A program made the translations under genes and the position numbers. From Entomortierella parvispora E1425 (lineage: Eukaryota; Fungi; Mortierellomycota), in the NCBI GenBank assembly GCA_020891255.1, contig BQFW01000012.1:2170001-2234000 (forward strand): 64,000 bases of DNA. The letters run 5' to 3'. A model generated the notes under the pieces. That model saw only the letters and a list, made by a program, of their open reading frames with translations. It was not told the DNA's origin and made no database searches. Shown piece by piece: positions 22,848-35,010 of the stretch; the first letter of the stretch is position 1; each line of letters opens with the position of its first letter.

Positions 22848-25703
22848 CTAAGGCGCAAAGTACTGCTCTACTTGAGCGATCAGTTCATCCTTCTTGCCTC
22901 CATGTGGCCTCTGCACCGACACCAAGAACTGTTTCAGCGTCGCCACCGTAGCCTGTCATCACCAAAGAGGCGATCGCGTTAGGAAAATAGCAATCTACTT
23001 CAAAACCCGTCATTGGCATACACCTGCCATTCATATTTACCTTTTTCAGCTCGCCATTGTCGTACTTCTCCTGCATCTCTTGACGTAACCCGTCGTCGTC
23101 TGCAGGTTGGGTGCTCTTGGCCCTCTTGGAGCCCTGCGAGGCCTCAGATGCCTGTGATTGCTAGAGTAATCGATGGCATGGACAATTAGCTAAAACTCAA
23201 GTCCCAGAAGCGCAGTTTCCACAAGCCTCCTCTCACTACGTACCGAAGCTCTTTTAAGCGATGCAGTAAGCACACTGGCATTTTCATGGACAGGTAAATC
23301 CACACCCCCAGCAACATCTTTGTAGTTCTGGATGTAAGCACCAGCGCGCTAAATAAACCATAACCATTGGGGACAATATTTGTTAGTGAATAAGGACAGA
23401 TGCACATCTCCCCACTCTTCATGAGCCAAAAAGCGTCACTCTACCTCATGCATTTGTTTGGTCTTTGGCAAAGTTTTGTCATCAATATCCATGTCTTGCT
23501 GGTTGAGCGCCGTTGCCTGCAAGACCTTGTAGTGTTTTTGGAGGGCTTTGGAACAGGAAAAAAAAGATCAAATTGTTATCAAAGGGTCGCCAGAGTGAGA
23601 ATCATTCCTATATCACCTCTCGCCTCCTACTTGGGTTTTCGTAGTTGTCTGGTTTAAAGCCCTTTTTCATGTTCAACTTTGAAATGATGGCCTTGGCGGA
23701 TTCAATGAGTTCCGTTGGTGCTAAAGTTTCAAATAAAATAATGTCAATGAAATATAACAAAGCACATACAACAATCAGTGTGAAACAGTATGATACTCAC
23801 GCCTATAGTCAGTTTGAATGGGCAAGGGGCGAAGATCATCAGCCCATGGCAGAGGGATAAGCTGGAATCCTGGAGGGAGTTCTTGACCATGCTCACTCAC
23901 AACCTCCAGCTAAAGAGAATAAGTAACATCGTGTTAGTTCAGGGATTTCAGTGCCAATCGCGTAAAACTATGTGTCGTATCTCTTACCTGAGGGATCAAA
24001 GCCACCAAGCGAGTGCTGTAGTTTTTGCGCTGTGTAAATGAACAAATAGCGATCTTGTCCATTTCGGCCATCGCCGTCAACAGCGACGAAAAGGCTCGGG
24101 TACTGCCCTCATAAGACTGTTCGTCTGGATAGAGGAACATGGAGTGAAGGATGTTGAGCTGCATTGGGACTGATTCCCTGTCCTTGAAGCCAATCAAGGC
24201 AAGTCCAGGCGGGCCAAATGTTTTCATGGCTGCTACCTCCTCCTTTGTAAACACAACTTTTGTACCGCCAAACTCCCAAAAGTATTTGAGATCCGTTGGA
24301 GTGATGTATTGAGTGGTATCGGCGCAGATCCATGATGTGACAGTTTCCACCTCACGAACAGCCTCTCCAAGTGTGTAGACGTTCCTGTGCGTTCCTTTCT
24401 TTTGGCTCATAACAAGATTGTATCCCTTGACTCCAAATTCCAAGCCTGGCCCGAGCTTTAGTGGAATGTTGAACAGGGAGCGCTTCTTCACTTCCTTGCG
24501 TTGTACTCTTTGAAGTAACTCTCCAAGTTTTGCGTTGGTGTTTTCCGCCTCCTCTCGCTCTTCCTCGTCATCATCAAAGCCTCCAAGAAGGATATCCTAT
24601 TAGAGGTAACTCTGGTTAACATGATCAGCCAAAAATTGTCTTGTGCGGCCGAATGCATAACACGTACCCTGTAGAAGAGACTGCGGTCAAATTGCTCGTT
24701 AGGCTTGTCAATATCAAAAAGTTCGATTTTGATGCCAAAATCCTGCAGATCCTTTGCCCTGACTTTGGATGCACTGCGCAATGAAATGTCGCCTCTGTGG
24801 GGATCGTCTTCGTTTGTCAACAAAAACATTCGCTTGGAACCAATTCGCTGAGCACTATTTGAGGCAGATGGTAAAAGGAACAGGTCAGGCCGTCGATCCA
24901 TTCAAGGCCGCATTTTCTTCAGATCATTCGTACTCACCTGCTGCCAAAAAGATTCGAGGCAGTCCAAAACACCTCACCTAGAGTATATTTCCCATCGCTT
25001 GTTCCAAACTCCTCATCAAAATCAATGGTTCCTAACAATTAAGCAAAAATAGGTTGAATCAACGCGCGGGTTCTTATGGTGTGTCAACACAAAAAAGCTG
25101 TGGAAGAGAGGATCCACTTACTGTCATCAATCCCTTCCAGCTGTTGGATCTTGTTCACGTCCGGTGCGTCAAGGTCCTGAAGCACATAGATATTCTCAAA
25201 GTTGGTCAAGTTCTTTGATTTTTTCTAGAGCACAGAAAAAGAATGGATATGAGAGAAGAGGGAGAATGTCAGGGCATGTTCATACACCTTCTTCACTATT
25301 GCTTCTTGGAGCGTCGGTGAACATCCAGCAGTTGCCTTTAGAAACTTACAGTGCCGTAGAGCATGATGCCAACCAGATCCGAGTCACTGCTGATAATCTT
25401 GTTCATTTGAACGGTCATGGCGCACTTGATGGCCTTGTAGAACGGGATCTCACCATCCTCAGCAGGCTGAAGCATCGCTGGCGAGCAATCAATAACGAAA
25501 AGAATGCTGTCTCGGCTTCTCCATTGTGTCTAAGTAGAGGGAAACAATTCCCGTCAGGAGAAAAGTCAAGGACGTCCACGCATGCGAATGTGGATGAATT
25601 TGGGTTCAATGAATTGGCTTACCTCCTGGGCATCGGTGACAATGCCGTCATCGCCATCCTCTTCCTCGTTGTTGTCATAGTTGCTACGCCAGCTTGCGGA
25701 CAT
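22848..25703 (-). CDS. KU70: Ku70 (XRCC6/YKU70): vWA, beta-barrel core and SAP domain, ~10 exons
   Basis: RDSILFVIDCSPAM..KIISSDSDLVGIMLYGT; NFENIYVLQDLDAPD; GEVFWTASNLF; SKRMFLLTNEDDPH; KRSLFNIPLKLG..GVKGY; FGGTKVVFTKEEV; LIGFKD; FLYPDEQSYEGSTRAFSSLL; PPGFQLIPLPWADDLR; YENP..LQKHYKVLQATAL; DKTLPK; C-terminal SAP-like TVATLKQFLVSVQRPHGGKKDELIAQVEQYF*. Confidence 0.96.
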
Positions 25704-25983
25704 GGTGGTGGTGATGGTGTTGTGGGTGGTCTGGAGTGAAGGTCCTGGTGAAAAGAGGGGAATGAAGCAAAAGAATGAACGCGAGATGTGCGAAAATATC
25801 CCTTTTTGAAAAAATGGTGGCAAAAAATTCAAACGGCCTTTATTGGAACCAAGGTCTGGGCGCGGCGATGGATCTCATGAGCCACTGACTGGCCATTGTT
25901 TTGCACAACCTGATAGATAAGAATATGTGAAGATGAAGAATAAAAATATACAAGTGAAGTGAACAACGAGACGGCCCATGGGG

Positions 25984-27395
25984 TTAGATATGAAACTCGT
26001 TCTGAGGTGTCCAGATGAAGCGGGCCAACTGAGCAGCCCATTCAACTTCGTTCAAACCGCTGTTGTCGTAGCCCCAATCATCGAAGCCAAGCTGGTGCGA
26101 GTCCCAGAGAGGCTTGAAGGCCTCATCAAAGGCGACTCCTCTTACTTCAAGCTGCTCGTTTCTGGCCGGCAAAGCATAATACTGCTGCGGTTCCTGGATG
26201 CCCAATGTTGGGCGAGCGTCGATCAAGGCGTTCAATGAATCCCAAGAAGATGCAGAGGAGGAGCGCAGATGATGATACTGGCGCTGCGCTTGTGTTTCAC
26301 CTACCGCGACATGGGCTCTGCTGTCCGATATCGGCAAAGCTGTCAAAGGATGAATCTCTCCGGCGATGTTGATCTGATACGTGTTGGTGTCGACAGGCTT
26401 CGCCATCGGCATCTGGTCGAACATGACTTCACCTTTCGGAGGTCGGAGGCGTAAGGGCTGCGGCTCTGGAAAGTTCGTCGTCGGTGCAGGCAAAGGACCA
26501 GAGTTGGTGCGGACTCGGGGTGCTTGCTTGGGAGAGTTCTCGAAAAGGATGGAGAGGGGCACCCTAGATTCCTCGAGACGATGTACAAAGGTACAACGGT
26601 CGTTGTACTTGCAATAGCCACTGGTTTGGTAGCTGGTGCAGAGCTGAGTCTTGTACCTAGGATGGCGGGCAACCTGCTGTAGCTCTTGACGACTGTGGGC
26701 GAACTGGCATTGATCTCCGTATCTAGAGACAAGAAAAAAAAAAGGTAAATGAGAAAGTTGTGTGGGAGAGAGATCAGTCGGAGATCAACCGAAATTTGAC
26801 TCTCTTGGCACTGGTTGTTGATGGGAAAGGTGGGGGCATGCATGACAGAACGCCTGGTTCACACTTACTTGCAAGGCAAACCGGAGGTAAGAGACACGCA
26901 CAGCTCAGTTTTGTACAGTTCGCTCTTACGGCTGTTCTCTGCAACAGAAGATCGACGAGAGCCCTGAGGCCGCTTATTTGAATTGCTTTGATCCCCAGCA
27001 GATCCGATGTCTGTGCTCTTGGGAGCCTCTGGGTAACGGGATGGGACGGGGTGAGCAGGTCCTCGGTCGACATGGGATACTCGAGGTGCACTTGAGACAA
27101 TCGGAGCAGGGTTGTCGTAGCTTGTACACCATGCTCGGTGAAAGGCGTCTTGATCCTCGGAATAGGTGTCCGAGCTTTGAGGGGAGGCTGGCGGATTCAC
27201 GCTAAAGACGACAGCGCCACCTAGATCCATGCTGGTTCCTCCCAAAGACTCTTGGGCTGATAGCTCAGGAATAAAGGCGTCGCTGGTCTCGACCAGGCTC
27301 AGAGCTCGGGGGATGGGACGAGTGGATCTCTTTCGACGACTGAAGGCGCCAGCTGTTGCATATGTGGGAATGGTCAACACTTCAGAAGCGCCCAT
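25984..27395 (-). CDS. Tandem CCCH zinc-finger mRNA-decay protein (TIS11/ZFP36/Cth1-2/Zfs1 family), 2 exons
   Basis: Two C-x8-C-x5-C-x3-H fingers with lead-ins YKTELC and YKTQLC and an 18-residue spacer: YKTELCVSLTSGLPCK|YGDQCQFAHSRQELQQVARHPRYKTQLCTSYQTSGYCKYNDRCTFVH. Confidence 0.92.
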
Positions 27396-28018
27396 GGTGT
27401 ATCGGAGAGAAGGAACAAAAGACTGCAAAGAAGACGGGAGAGAGGAGCAAAGTGAAGGAGGATGTTGGGAGTGTGCAGCAAATTTGGCAGTGAAGTCAAG
27501 GGTCGATGCTGAGATAAAAAGAGAATGCAAAAGAAAAAGAAATGGGTTGATCGGCAGTGCGTTTTTATACCCGCGGATGCTGTTGGAACTGTGGCGACGG
27601 GTCAAACGAGGGTTTTGTGTGTCTGTGCGTATGAATTAGATTCCTGGTAATGCCTGGTCCTGTGGAGACTGCGAAAGCCCCAATGGTCGGTCACACTCTT
27701 TCCTCTTCCCAAGCCGTTTTGTACAGAGGACTGCTCTCGACGCGACCGACGACAAAACAAAAACATGCACCATGCAAGCCGAACGCGTCCCTGGCGGATT
27801 TGGTCACCTGACGCACTCGTCGTTTCGCGTGGCAGGTTGGTCAGGCTGGTGGGGACACTCGAGAGAAAAAAAATGTTTCATTGCGAAAGGGTCCAATTCC
27901 TTGAACCGCCTGACTCTTTTTTCCTTCTTCAACCCAACCCTCTCTCGAAAAGCAACCAGAACGAAAACTCATTGCCAGAAACACCTTTTCTTATCTGCCA
28001 CAAATCTCCATCATCGAT

Positions 28019-29123
28019 ATGGATGAGCTTATTTTCCCTCAACCCTCGCCTGCCCCACTTATCCTCCCAAGGAGACTCTCAACTCATGGAGGTGGAAGCA
28101 ATACAGGTCCTCGTCAGAAAGGCCGCAGACTCCACATCCAACAGCAGCAACCCATACAACCTTCGAACGAGGAAAAGACATCAGATCAACAAAGCCGGGA
28201 CAATCAGTACTTGGGAGGCAACAACTTGACCCATTGCTTCTACTACCCAAACACACCCAATTCCAACACTCGATCCATCTCTCCAGGAGATATCGTGAAC
28301 CCGCCTGCCATTTTTAGCTTTGGAAACGACAAGGGTATGGACGGATTCGTTAACCCCCCTGCCGACTCTGTTGATCCCACGTACCAACCATCTGTGACCA
28401 CTCGAAGACACTCTGTTGCAACAGGATCACCTTGGGCCACGGTTCCTCCTCGGCATGCTCTGCACATGCCTGTCATGAAAGTCAATCCAGAAATCTGGCG
28501 TAGTGAGAATCATCAACGAGAGATTCACCGTTTAATGAGAGAAGGTCGAGACGAGGAGGTGATGAAGAGACGTGACATCCAAAGCGTCATGGACACGATC
28601 AGTGACGACGATGAGGAACAGGACATGCCAGGTGTGGTTCTCACCACCGATCTTGGCGGTTTCAGGGAAGCGGAAGAGAAAGAAAAGGTGAGGCACGGGT
28701 GGCTTTTGCAAACGAATGGGGGATCCAGAGAAGAGCTGGTTACTCTCATTACCCATCAGAGAAACTAACATAGTGCGAACCACGTTCCTAATTTGGTAGG
28801 CACGCATCCAAGAAGAAGTGCGACAGGAATGGGCGCGACAAGTAGAGTACCAGAACGTTCGATGGCGAGCACAAGAGTTCCAAAGAAGGAAAAGTTGGCC
28901 CAACTTGCTGGTTCACCAACAGCCTGTGCCATATGGACAACCAGGGCCAGGCTTGCAGCAGAGCGGATTGCAGCAGAGCGGATTGCAACGGATACCAGAT
29001 CAACTGCCAGCGCCGGGACTGCAACGTAGATCGTCCTTTGGACGGTACGACAACCCAGTCGGCGGACCTTCAGGAGAGAACACGCGATGGGGCAACGGAC
29101 AATTCACGAACTATCGAGGATAG
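28019..29123 (+). CDS. Hypothetical, largely disordered protein (2 exons predicted, intron 28688-28799)
   Basis: The 249-aa ORF has a phase-0 donor AAG|GTGAGG. A branch-like CCTAAT and acceptor TAG at 28799 join it in frame to ARIQEEVRQEWARQVEYQNVRWRAQEFQRRKSW.. No recognisable family motif. Confidence 0.55.
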
Positions 29124-29451
29124 GATATGAGAAGAAAAAATAAAATTTGAATTGGGACATGCAAGTCACTTTTGGGCACGATTGAGAGTTTTACGTTTCC
29201 GCTTGAGAGTCGTCCAGTGAGGGGAACTGTAGAAGACGAGCGAACCTTCGATCGGAGTCAACTCGTGGGACAAAAAAGGGGACGATCGGGGTAAGGCCCG
29301 GCGATGGGGGTCAGAGGGTGGGAGAAAACACAGAAATGGGCCCCATGGAGGCCGACAGATCATAGCGCAAAGCAGCACGACACCTCAATTTGTCATCATT
29401 GCTTTGGAGCACGAACGAGTGAGATCAGAGACAGAGAGGTTTTACCGCGGG

Positions 29452-29458
29452 TATAAAA
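29452..29458 (+). promoter_or_regulatory. TATA box of the aldo-keto reductase gene
   Basis: TATAAAA about 95 nt upstream of ATG 29549, followed by a pyrimidine-rich leader. Confidence 0.6.
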
Positions 29459-29548
29459 GGCCCTTCTACTCATCATTCACCCTTCTTCACTTCATCTCCA
29501 TTCACTCTTTCATTTCCCCTTCTCTCATTCATTCATTCACCTCTCATC

Positions 29549-30873
29549 ATGTCTCTCGGTCGTATTGCTAAGCTTAACACTGGTGCCTCCATCCCCTTGG
29601 TTGGGTAAGTTTGCAACTCCCATCACTCTTCCGATGCCTTTCCTTGGTCAATAGCATGCTATCCGTTACACCCAGCTATGATCAGCGATTTGACGCGTTG
29701 CGATACTGCGGAAGAAGTTCTTCCGCCCGAGAACAGACCACACAACGGGAAAACAGGGAGGGGGGCAATTAGGAGCGTGCACAACTGCGGGCTGTGTGTT
29801 GTACCACTGCTCCGAGGTACTTGGCGGTTGTAGGCGACGACCACGGACAAACAGCGCCGCGACAATCATCTACTTAACTAACCAGCAACAATGATCCTCT
29901 TCTCCTTCCGTCTATTAGTTTGGGTACATGGCAGAGCAAGCCCGACGTCGTCAAGCACGCCGTCAAGGTCGCCATTCAGGCTGGATACCGCCACATTGAT
30001 GCCGCCTGGATCTACGGAAACGAGAAGGAGGTCGGCGAGGCCATTCGCGAGTCCAACGTTCCCCGCGAGGAGCTCTTTGTCACCACCAAGCTCTGGAACA
30101 ACTCTCACCGCCCCGAGGATGTCCTCCCCGCTCTCGAGTCCTCCCTCAAGAACCTCGGTCTCGACTATGTTGACCTCTACTTGATGGTACGTCTCTGAAT
30201 GTTCACACTTTTTACAAGGGCCAATGGTGCTTCACGCCAACTGACACTTTTTCTTATCATGATTACGTGCCTTTACCTTTATTTCTCGTAGCACTGGCCT
30301 ATCGCCTTCAAGTCGGGCCCCGAGGCTGTCGCTAAGGATGCTGAGGGCAAGATCATCTTTGAGAACGTTGACATCAACGAGACTTACAAGGCTATGGAGG
30401 CTCTCGTCGCCACTGGCAAGACCAAGGCCATTGGTGTCTCCAACTTCTCTGTTGCCAACCTCGAGAAGCTCCTCAAGACTGCCAAGATCGTCCCTGCCGC
30501 CAACCAGGTCGAGCTCCACCCCGAGAACCCTCAGTGGGGTCTCTTGGAGTTCTGCAAGTCCAAGGGCATCCACCTCACTGCCTACTCTCCTCTCGGCTCC
30601 ACTGACTCTCCCTTGATCAAGCGTGAGGAGGTCACCAAGATTGCCCAGAAGCACAACAGCTCGAACGCCAACGTGTTGATCGCCTGGGGTGCCCAGCGTG
30701 GTACCAGTGTGATCCCCAAGTCTGTGACCGAGTCCCGCATCATCTCCAACTTCAAGGACATTACCCTGGATGAGGAGGACCTCAAGCTCCTCAAGAGCTT
30801 GACTGAGGGCAAGGCCACTCACCGTTACTGCGACCCCGCTACCTTCTGGGGCGTCAAGATCTTTGACGATTAA
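29549..30873 (+). CDS. NADPH-dependent aldo-keto reductase (GCY1/YPR1-like), 3 exons
   Basis: [11 protein letters not shown]|LGTWQ; [18 protein letters not shown] (catalytic D/Y); [12 protein letters not shown] (catalytic K); DYVDLYLM|HWP; KAIGVSNF; NQVELHP; AYSPLG; [11 protein letters not shown]. Strong C-ending codon bias suggests high expression. Confidence 0.95.
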
Positions 30874-32383
30874 GCACTGGATCTAAGGCAGAGTGTCGTT
30901 CAACATGTAAATAAAAATAAACTTGTCCTCTTTCTCGGGAAAGACTCTAATTGTTTATCGACGCCCCAAAAGGTCATGTACGTGCACATGCAGTGGACGG
31001 TACATATCCAATGTTCACTGGGAATAAGAAATACGATGATTGATGTGAACATACGTAAAGAATAAAAAAAAAAAGAAGGGAAATGAATAAAGTCAAAAAA
31101 AGAGGTAAGCAATATGATTTGGTAAGGACAGTGCGGCGTGTGCGAAGGAGTGGCCAGGCAAGACAGGGTAGAGGAGGGAGAGAGAGCGAGCGACAAGAGA
31201 GGGGACTGAGAGCACAGGAGAGCAGGGCTGATGAGCATTGTCGATTGGTCTCAAATGTTCATTTGCGTGCCTGGCCACGTTTGGGAAGGCGCGAGATTGG
31301 ATGCAGATGCAGGCGGGCATCACCGCACTCGGTGGGAGCAGGCGCACGACCGAAAGATAGACCGATGGAAAGGAATGACAGGAGGTGGTGGGAGGTGGTG
31401 GTACTTTGGAGATATTGAGAGGAGAAGGAGAGAGGGAGAGAGAGAGAGAATGAGAGATATAGACAGACAGGTAAACGAGAAAGAAAAAAAAAAGAGAGAG
31501 AGAGAGATGCTCTATTTTGGGCAAATGTATGGTGAGGTGGGTGGTTGCAATGGCAATGCACACACGGACAGGCAGAAACAGACGGGACAGCGTGGAGAAG
31601 ATTTGACCGTTGGGAGGATGCAAGGGTGAACGCCCTTCTTGTTCTTCTTCTTCCTGCCTTTGATGATGAAAAGGGGGATGGATGTGCATGCCATGCGGGC
31701 AAACTGACTGACCGACCGACACAGACAGGGCCAGAAAAGCTTATTCGTGCGTTAGTCAGAGAGAGGAGTCGAAGTCCAAGTCGAACAGCATGTGCCATGC
31801 CATGCCATGCGAGAACTGCATGCATGACCTGAATGGCAGACCTGACCAAGTTGACTGGGACCAGACTGACGGAGAAGGGCGCCCTTTTTCTACCTGCTCC
31901 TCTCTTTCTCTCTTTTCTCTTCTTTTCTTCTCTTCTCCTCACGACCCCCACGTCCTCTTCCCTTCCCTTGCATTCCTGCTGCCCTCCATCCCCTCATTCT
32001 CCCCTACCCCTCATCTCCTCATCCCTCCCTCTCCGTCCTCATCCTTCCTCTCTGTCGCCTCCTCTTCCTGACGAACAGCCGCCTCTTTTGTCTCTTGCAC
32101 TCTCCTTCGACCTTTATCAACTTTCTCCACGACGCGTTCCTTCCTTCGTCTCGATTCCTTCCTTGGTTTCTTCCTTCCTTCAAAACCTTGACTCCGTCCC
32201 CTCCTTTTCCCTTTTTTATCCTCCCGCGTGCGTTTTGCAATTGTCTCATCCTCATTTAAATAGCAACTCCTTGTCAATTGCTCCGCCCAAAACGAGACTC
32301 TCGGACGTCCTCTTTTCGCGCCACATACCCATCCCGCCCCACTCTTCCTGCTGACTGCAAATCCTCCTCTTCTTTCTACAACA

Positions 32384-35010
32384 ATGACTTCTTCATCTTG
32401 GTTGGCAAGGACCTTGGTCCCATTGGCCGTGGTCATGGCCACTGTCCAGGGCGTCTGTGTGCCTCTTACGAGCTCCAAGGTGTGTCCTGGCTTTAGCAAG
32501 CAGCAGGTAGATACCTCTGTCGCAGCCACCATCACATCCTGGGGTGCTGGTATCAACTTCCCAGCCTTCACCGATGTCAGCAGTTTTGATAGCGCCGTCA
32601 TGAACGCGACCGCTTTCATGGCTTCCTCCACCTGCAAGGGCTACAGCTCCTCGGATCGTGTCCCTTACCAGAACACTGTTCTCTGCACAATGGCTGTCCA
32701 AGATCCTGCATCTGCGAACTGTTCAAAGATTGCAGCCAATTCCATCCCCAACATGTGCTCGTCCTCTTGCGTGCTGTATGCTCAAGGATTTTCGGCCATG
32801 GTGAACAGCATCTGTCCGACCGACACTACCTCCCTCAACAACGTCAAGACCTTGAATCTAATTTGCACCACTGGAACCACACCTCCATCCTACACCGGCT
32901 TGAACGACAATGCAGCGGGATGCTACAATGCCACGACCAACGAGGCGGCCACCTGTGGTGAGTGAACTTCTCTATCTCTTCTTTTTTTCATTTCATTTTT
33001 CTCAGAGTTTGTCGGGTTCGAAGCTCCTTCATCAGGAAAGTTTTAGCCCAATGGACGGAGCCCTTTTTTTCTTTGACCGAGGACAACAAGATCTTGAGAC
33101 GCCAACCTAGAAGGGTTAGCGACCTGAGATGGTCTCCTGGGTCGACTGACACTTCATTGTTTTCATGCACTCTTATTTATTTCTTCTGTCTTTGTGGAAT
33201 GAATGTGAAAGTGGAGAGTGGGGGAAGGGGGGGTGTTCGTGTGAGCTGAACACAAACTGTTCGCTCGTGGAGAGTCCCTTTTTTTGTTCCAACATGAGCA
33301 AGGCACGAGTTTGATTTGAGTTTGTCGACAAACCACCCATTTTCTCGTTGGCAAAAATGTGCCAAAATCATCCAAGTCCTGGCCCAGCCAACTAATTTAA
33401 TTAGGTGCAAAGCCAAAAGACGACCCAACGGCCGAAGGAAAAAAAAAAAAAGAGACAAAAAAACATCGTATCGCACCAGTGAGGAAGTTGTGCGACCTTG
33501 TGAGCAATTTATTATTATTGTTTTTTTTTTGTTTGTCGTTCGTGCTGTTGTTATATTTTTCGAGCGTTCTTTTCTTGTCCAGGCATTTGATTACCCATCA
33601 TGGGGGACAGAGGGGGTGAGCAGAAAAGGAAGGAGCAAGGCAAGGAAGGAAAAAGGAAAGACATTCTGACCGTAGCCCGGTTTTGCCGTGATTTTTGTCG
33701 CTTGAAACCAGAGAGATCCCATATTGTTTCTACCGGTTTTTTTTTTAATATTTCGGAGACACCTTTTTGCTTTTGGCTGACATCAACAATCCGTGCATCA
33801 TTCTGCATCGGACTGCAATTTAAGAAACTGTTCAGGGCCAAAAAGAGTGAGAGTGACCAAGAATAGACGCGCCCATCGAGATAAATCGCCACTAACGTTT
33901 TGAACTAATTGGCGTCTACTAGGACTGGGAAACCAGGCGGACATGTGCGCCTACTGCTCCAAGAACCCCACCAACACCTGCTGTGCCTCGACTGCAGCTG
34001 CCTGTGTCACCCCTACCGCGTCGGGTGGTTCCGTCACCACGACCGAAGGATTGCTCCCCCCGCCCCCCACCACCACCCCCGTGACAGGATCAGCAAATGA
34101 TGCTTCATCCTCCTCTGGACTCGCCAAACCTGTTCTGTATGGTATCATCGGAGGAGGCGCCGCCTTGGGTTTGATTCTGTTCACCTTGATCGTTTGCTGC
34201 TGCTGCCGCCGCAAACGCCAGCCCTCTGCCAAGCCTACAGGTCCCAATGGCAACAACTTGAGTCGCAACATGTCCACCAACTCGAACGCGAGTCGGTACA
34301 AGATTTCTTCGCCAAAGATTCAGGAGGAAGGTTTCGCCGTCGCTTCTTCTGCTCCTATTCCCATGACCTCCATTGCGGCTCCTGCAGGAGCCCATCACCC
34401 TTCGTCTGCTGCTGCTGTTACTGCCGCCGCTGCCTTGGCTGCCGCCGGGAAGAACTCTCGCCTCTCCAAGGGAAGCTCTGTCGGAGGTGTTGGTGCAGAT
34501 GGAAAGCAGCAGTCGTACTGCCAGGTCCTGTACCCTTACCAAGCTTCGTTGGCCGATGAACTGGAATTGACTCCTGGAGATATTGTCAATGTGAGCCGAG
34601 TCTTTGACGACGGCTGGGCCGTGGGCGTGAACATGAACACCTCCAACGAGGGAGCCTTCCCCGTCGTCTGTGTGATGTTTGTGGACGAATCGGCGCTGGA
34701 CGACGATTTCGAGGACGTGAACATGCACTCTATGGCCCCCATGGGTCACCGTGAGGACGATCATTCCAACAGCAAACGGGGCGGCTCCCCAGCACCTTCC
34801 TCCTCTGCCTCCCGTGCTGCCTCGCCCGTGCACTTGCCCAGACGCCACTCTTCCATGCTCCGGGACAGCGCGGTCTTGCCAGGCGTCAACTCGCCCATGA
34901 CCAGCTCTCCTCTCGCCGCCGGAAACCCAAAGATGCAGCCACCAGTGCGCGATACCATGATGAGCGATGCTAGCTCCATTAACCGCTGGTGGGACGGTGA
35001 ACACAAGTAA
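32384..35010 (+). CDS. Type I membrane protein: signal peptide, Cys-rich ectodomain, single TM, cytoplasmic SH3 domain (2 exons, 965-nt intron)
   Basis: Signal peptide [23 protein letters not shown]; about 14 Cys in the ectodomain; [26 protein letters not shown] followed by RRKR; SH3 [53 protein letters not shown]. Intron 32958-33922 is in phase. Confidence 0.88.

Noticed and set aside
10100-25900. Shared MCB/SCB/E2F cell-cycle boxes upstream of TERT, STN1 and KU70
   Set aside because: Only partial matches were seen (TTTTGCCCGC near 10298, CGCG words near 20195 and 25781, TGCGAAAA near 25790). There is no common exact motif, so co-regulation cannot be claimed from sequence alone.
25700-25984. 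AU-rich elements for autoregulation in the 3' UTR of the tandem zinc-finger gene
   Set aside because: No UUAUUUAUU or UAUUUAU core is visible; the sequence is only generically U-rich.
31083-32354. ORFs between the AKR and SH3 genes
   Set aside because: Purine/pyrimidine microsatellite and low-complexity UTR or promoter sequence, with no splice-consistent or domain evidence.
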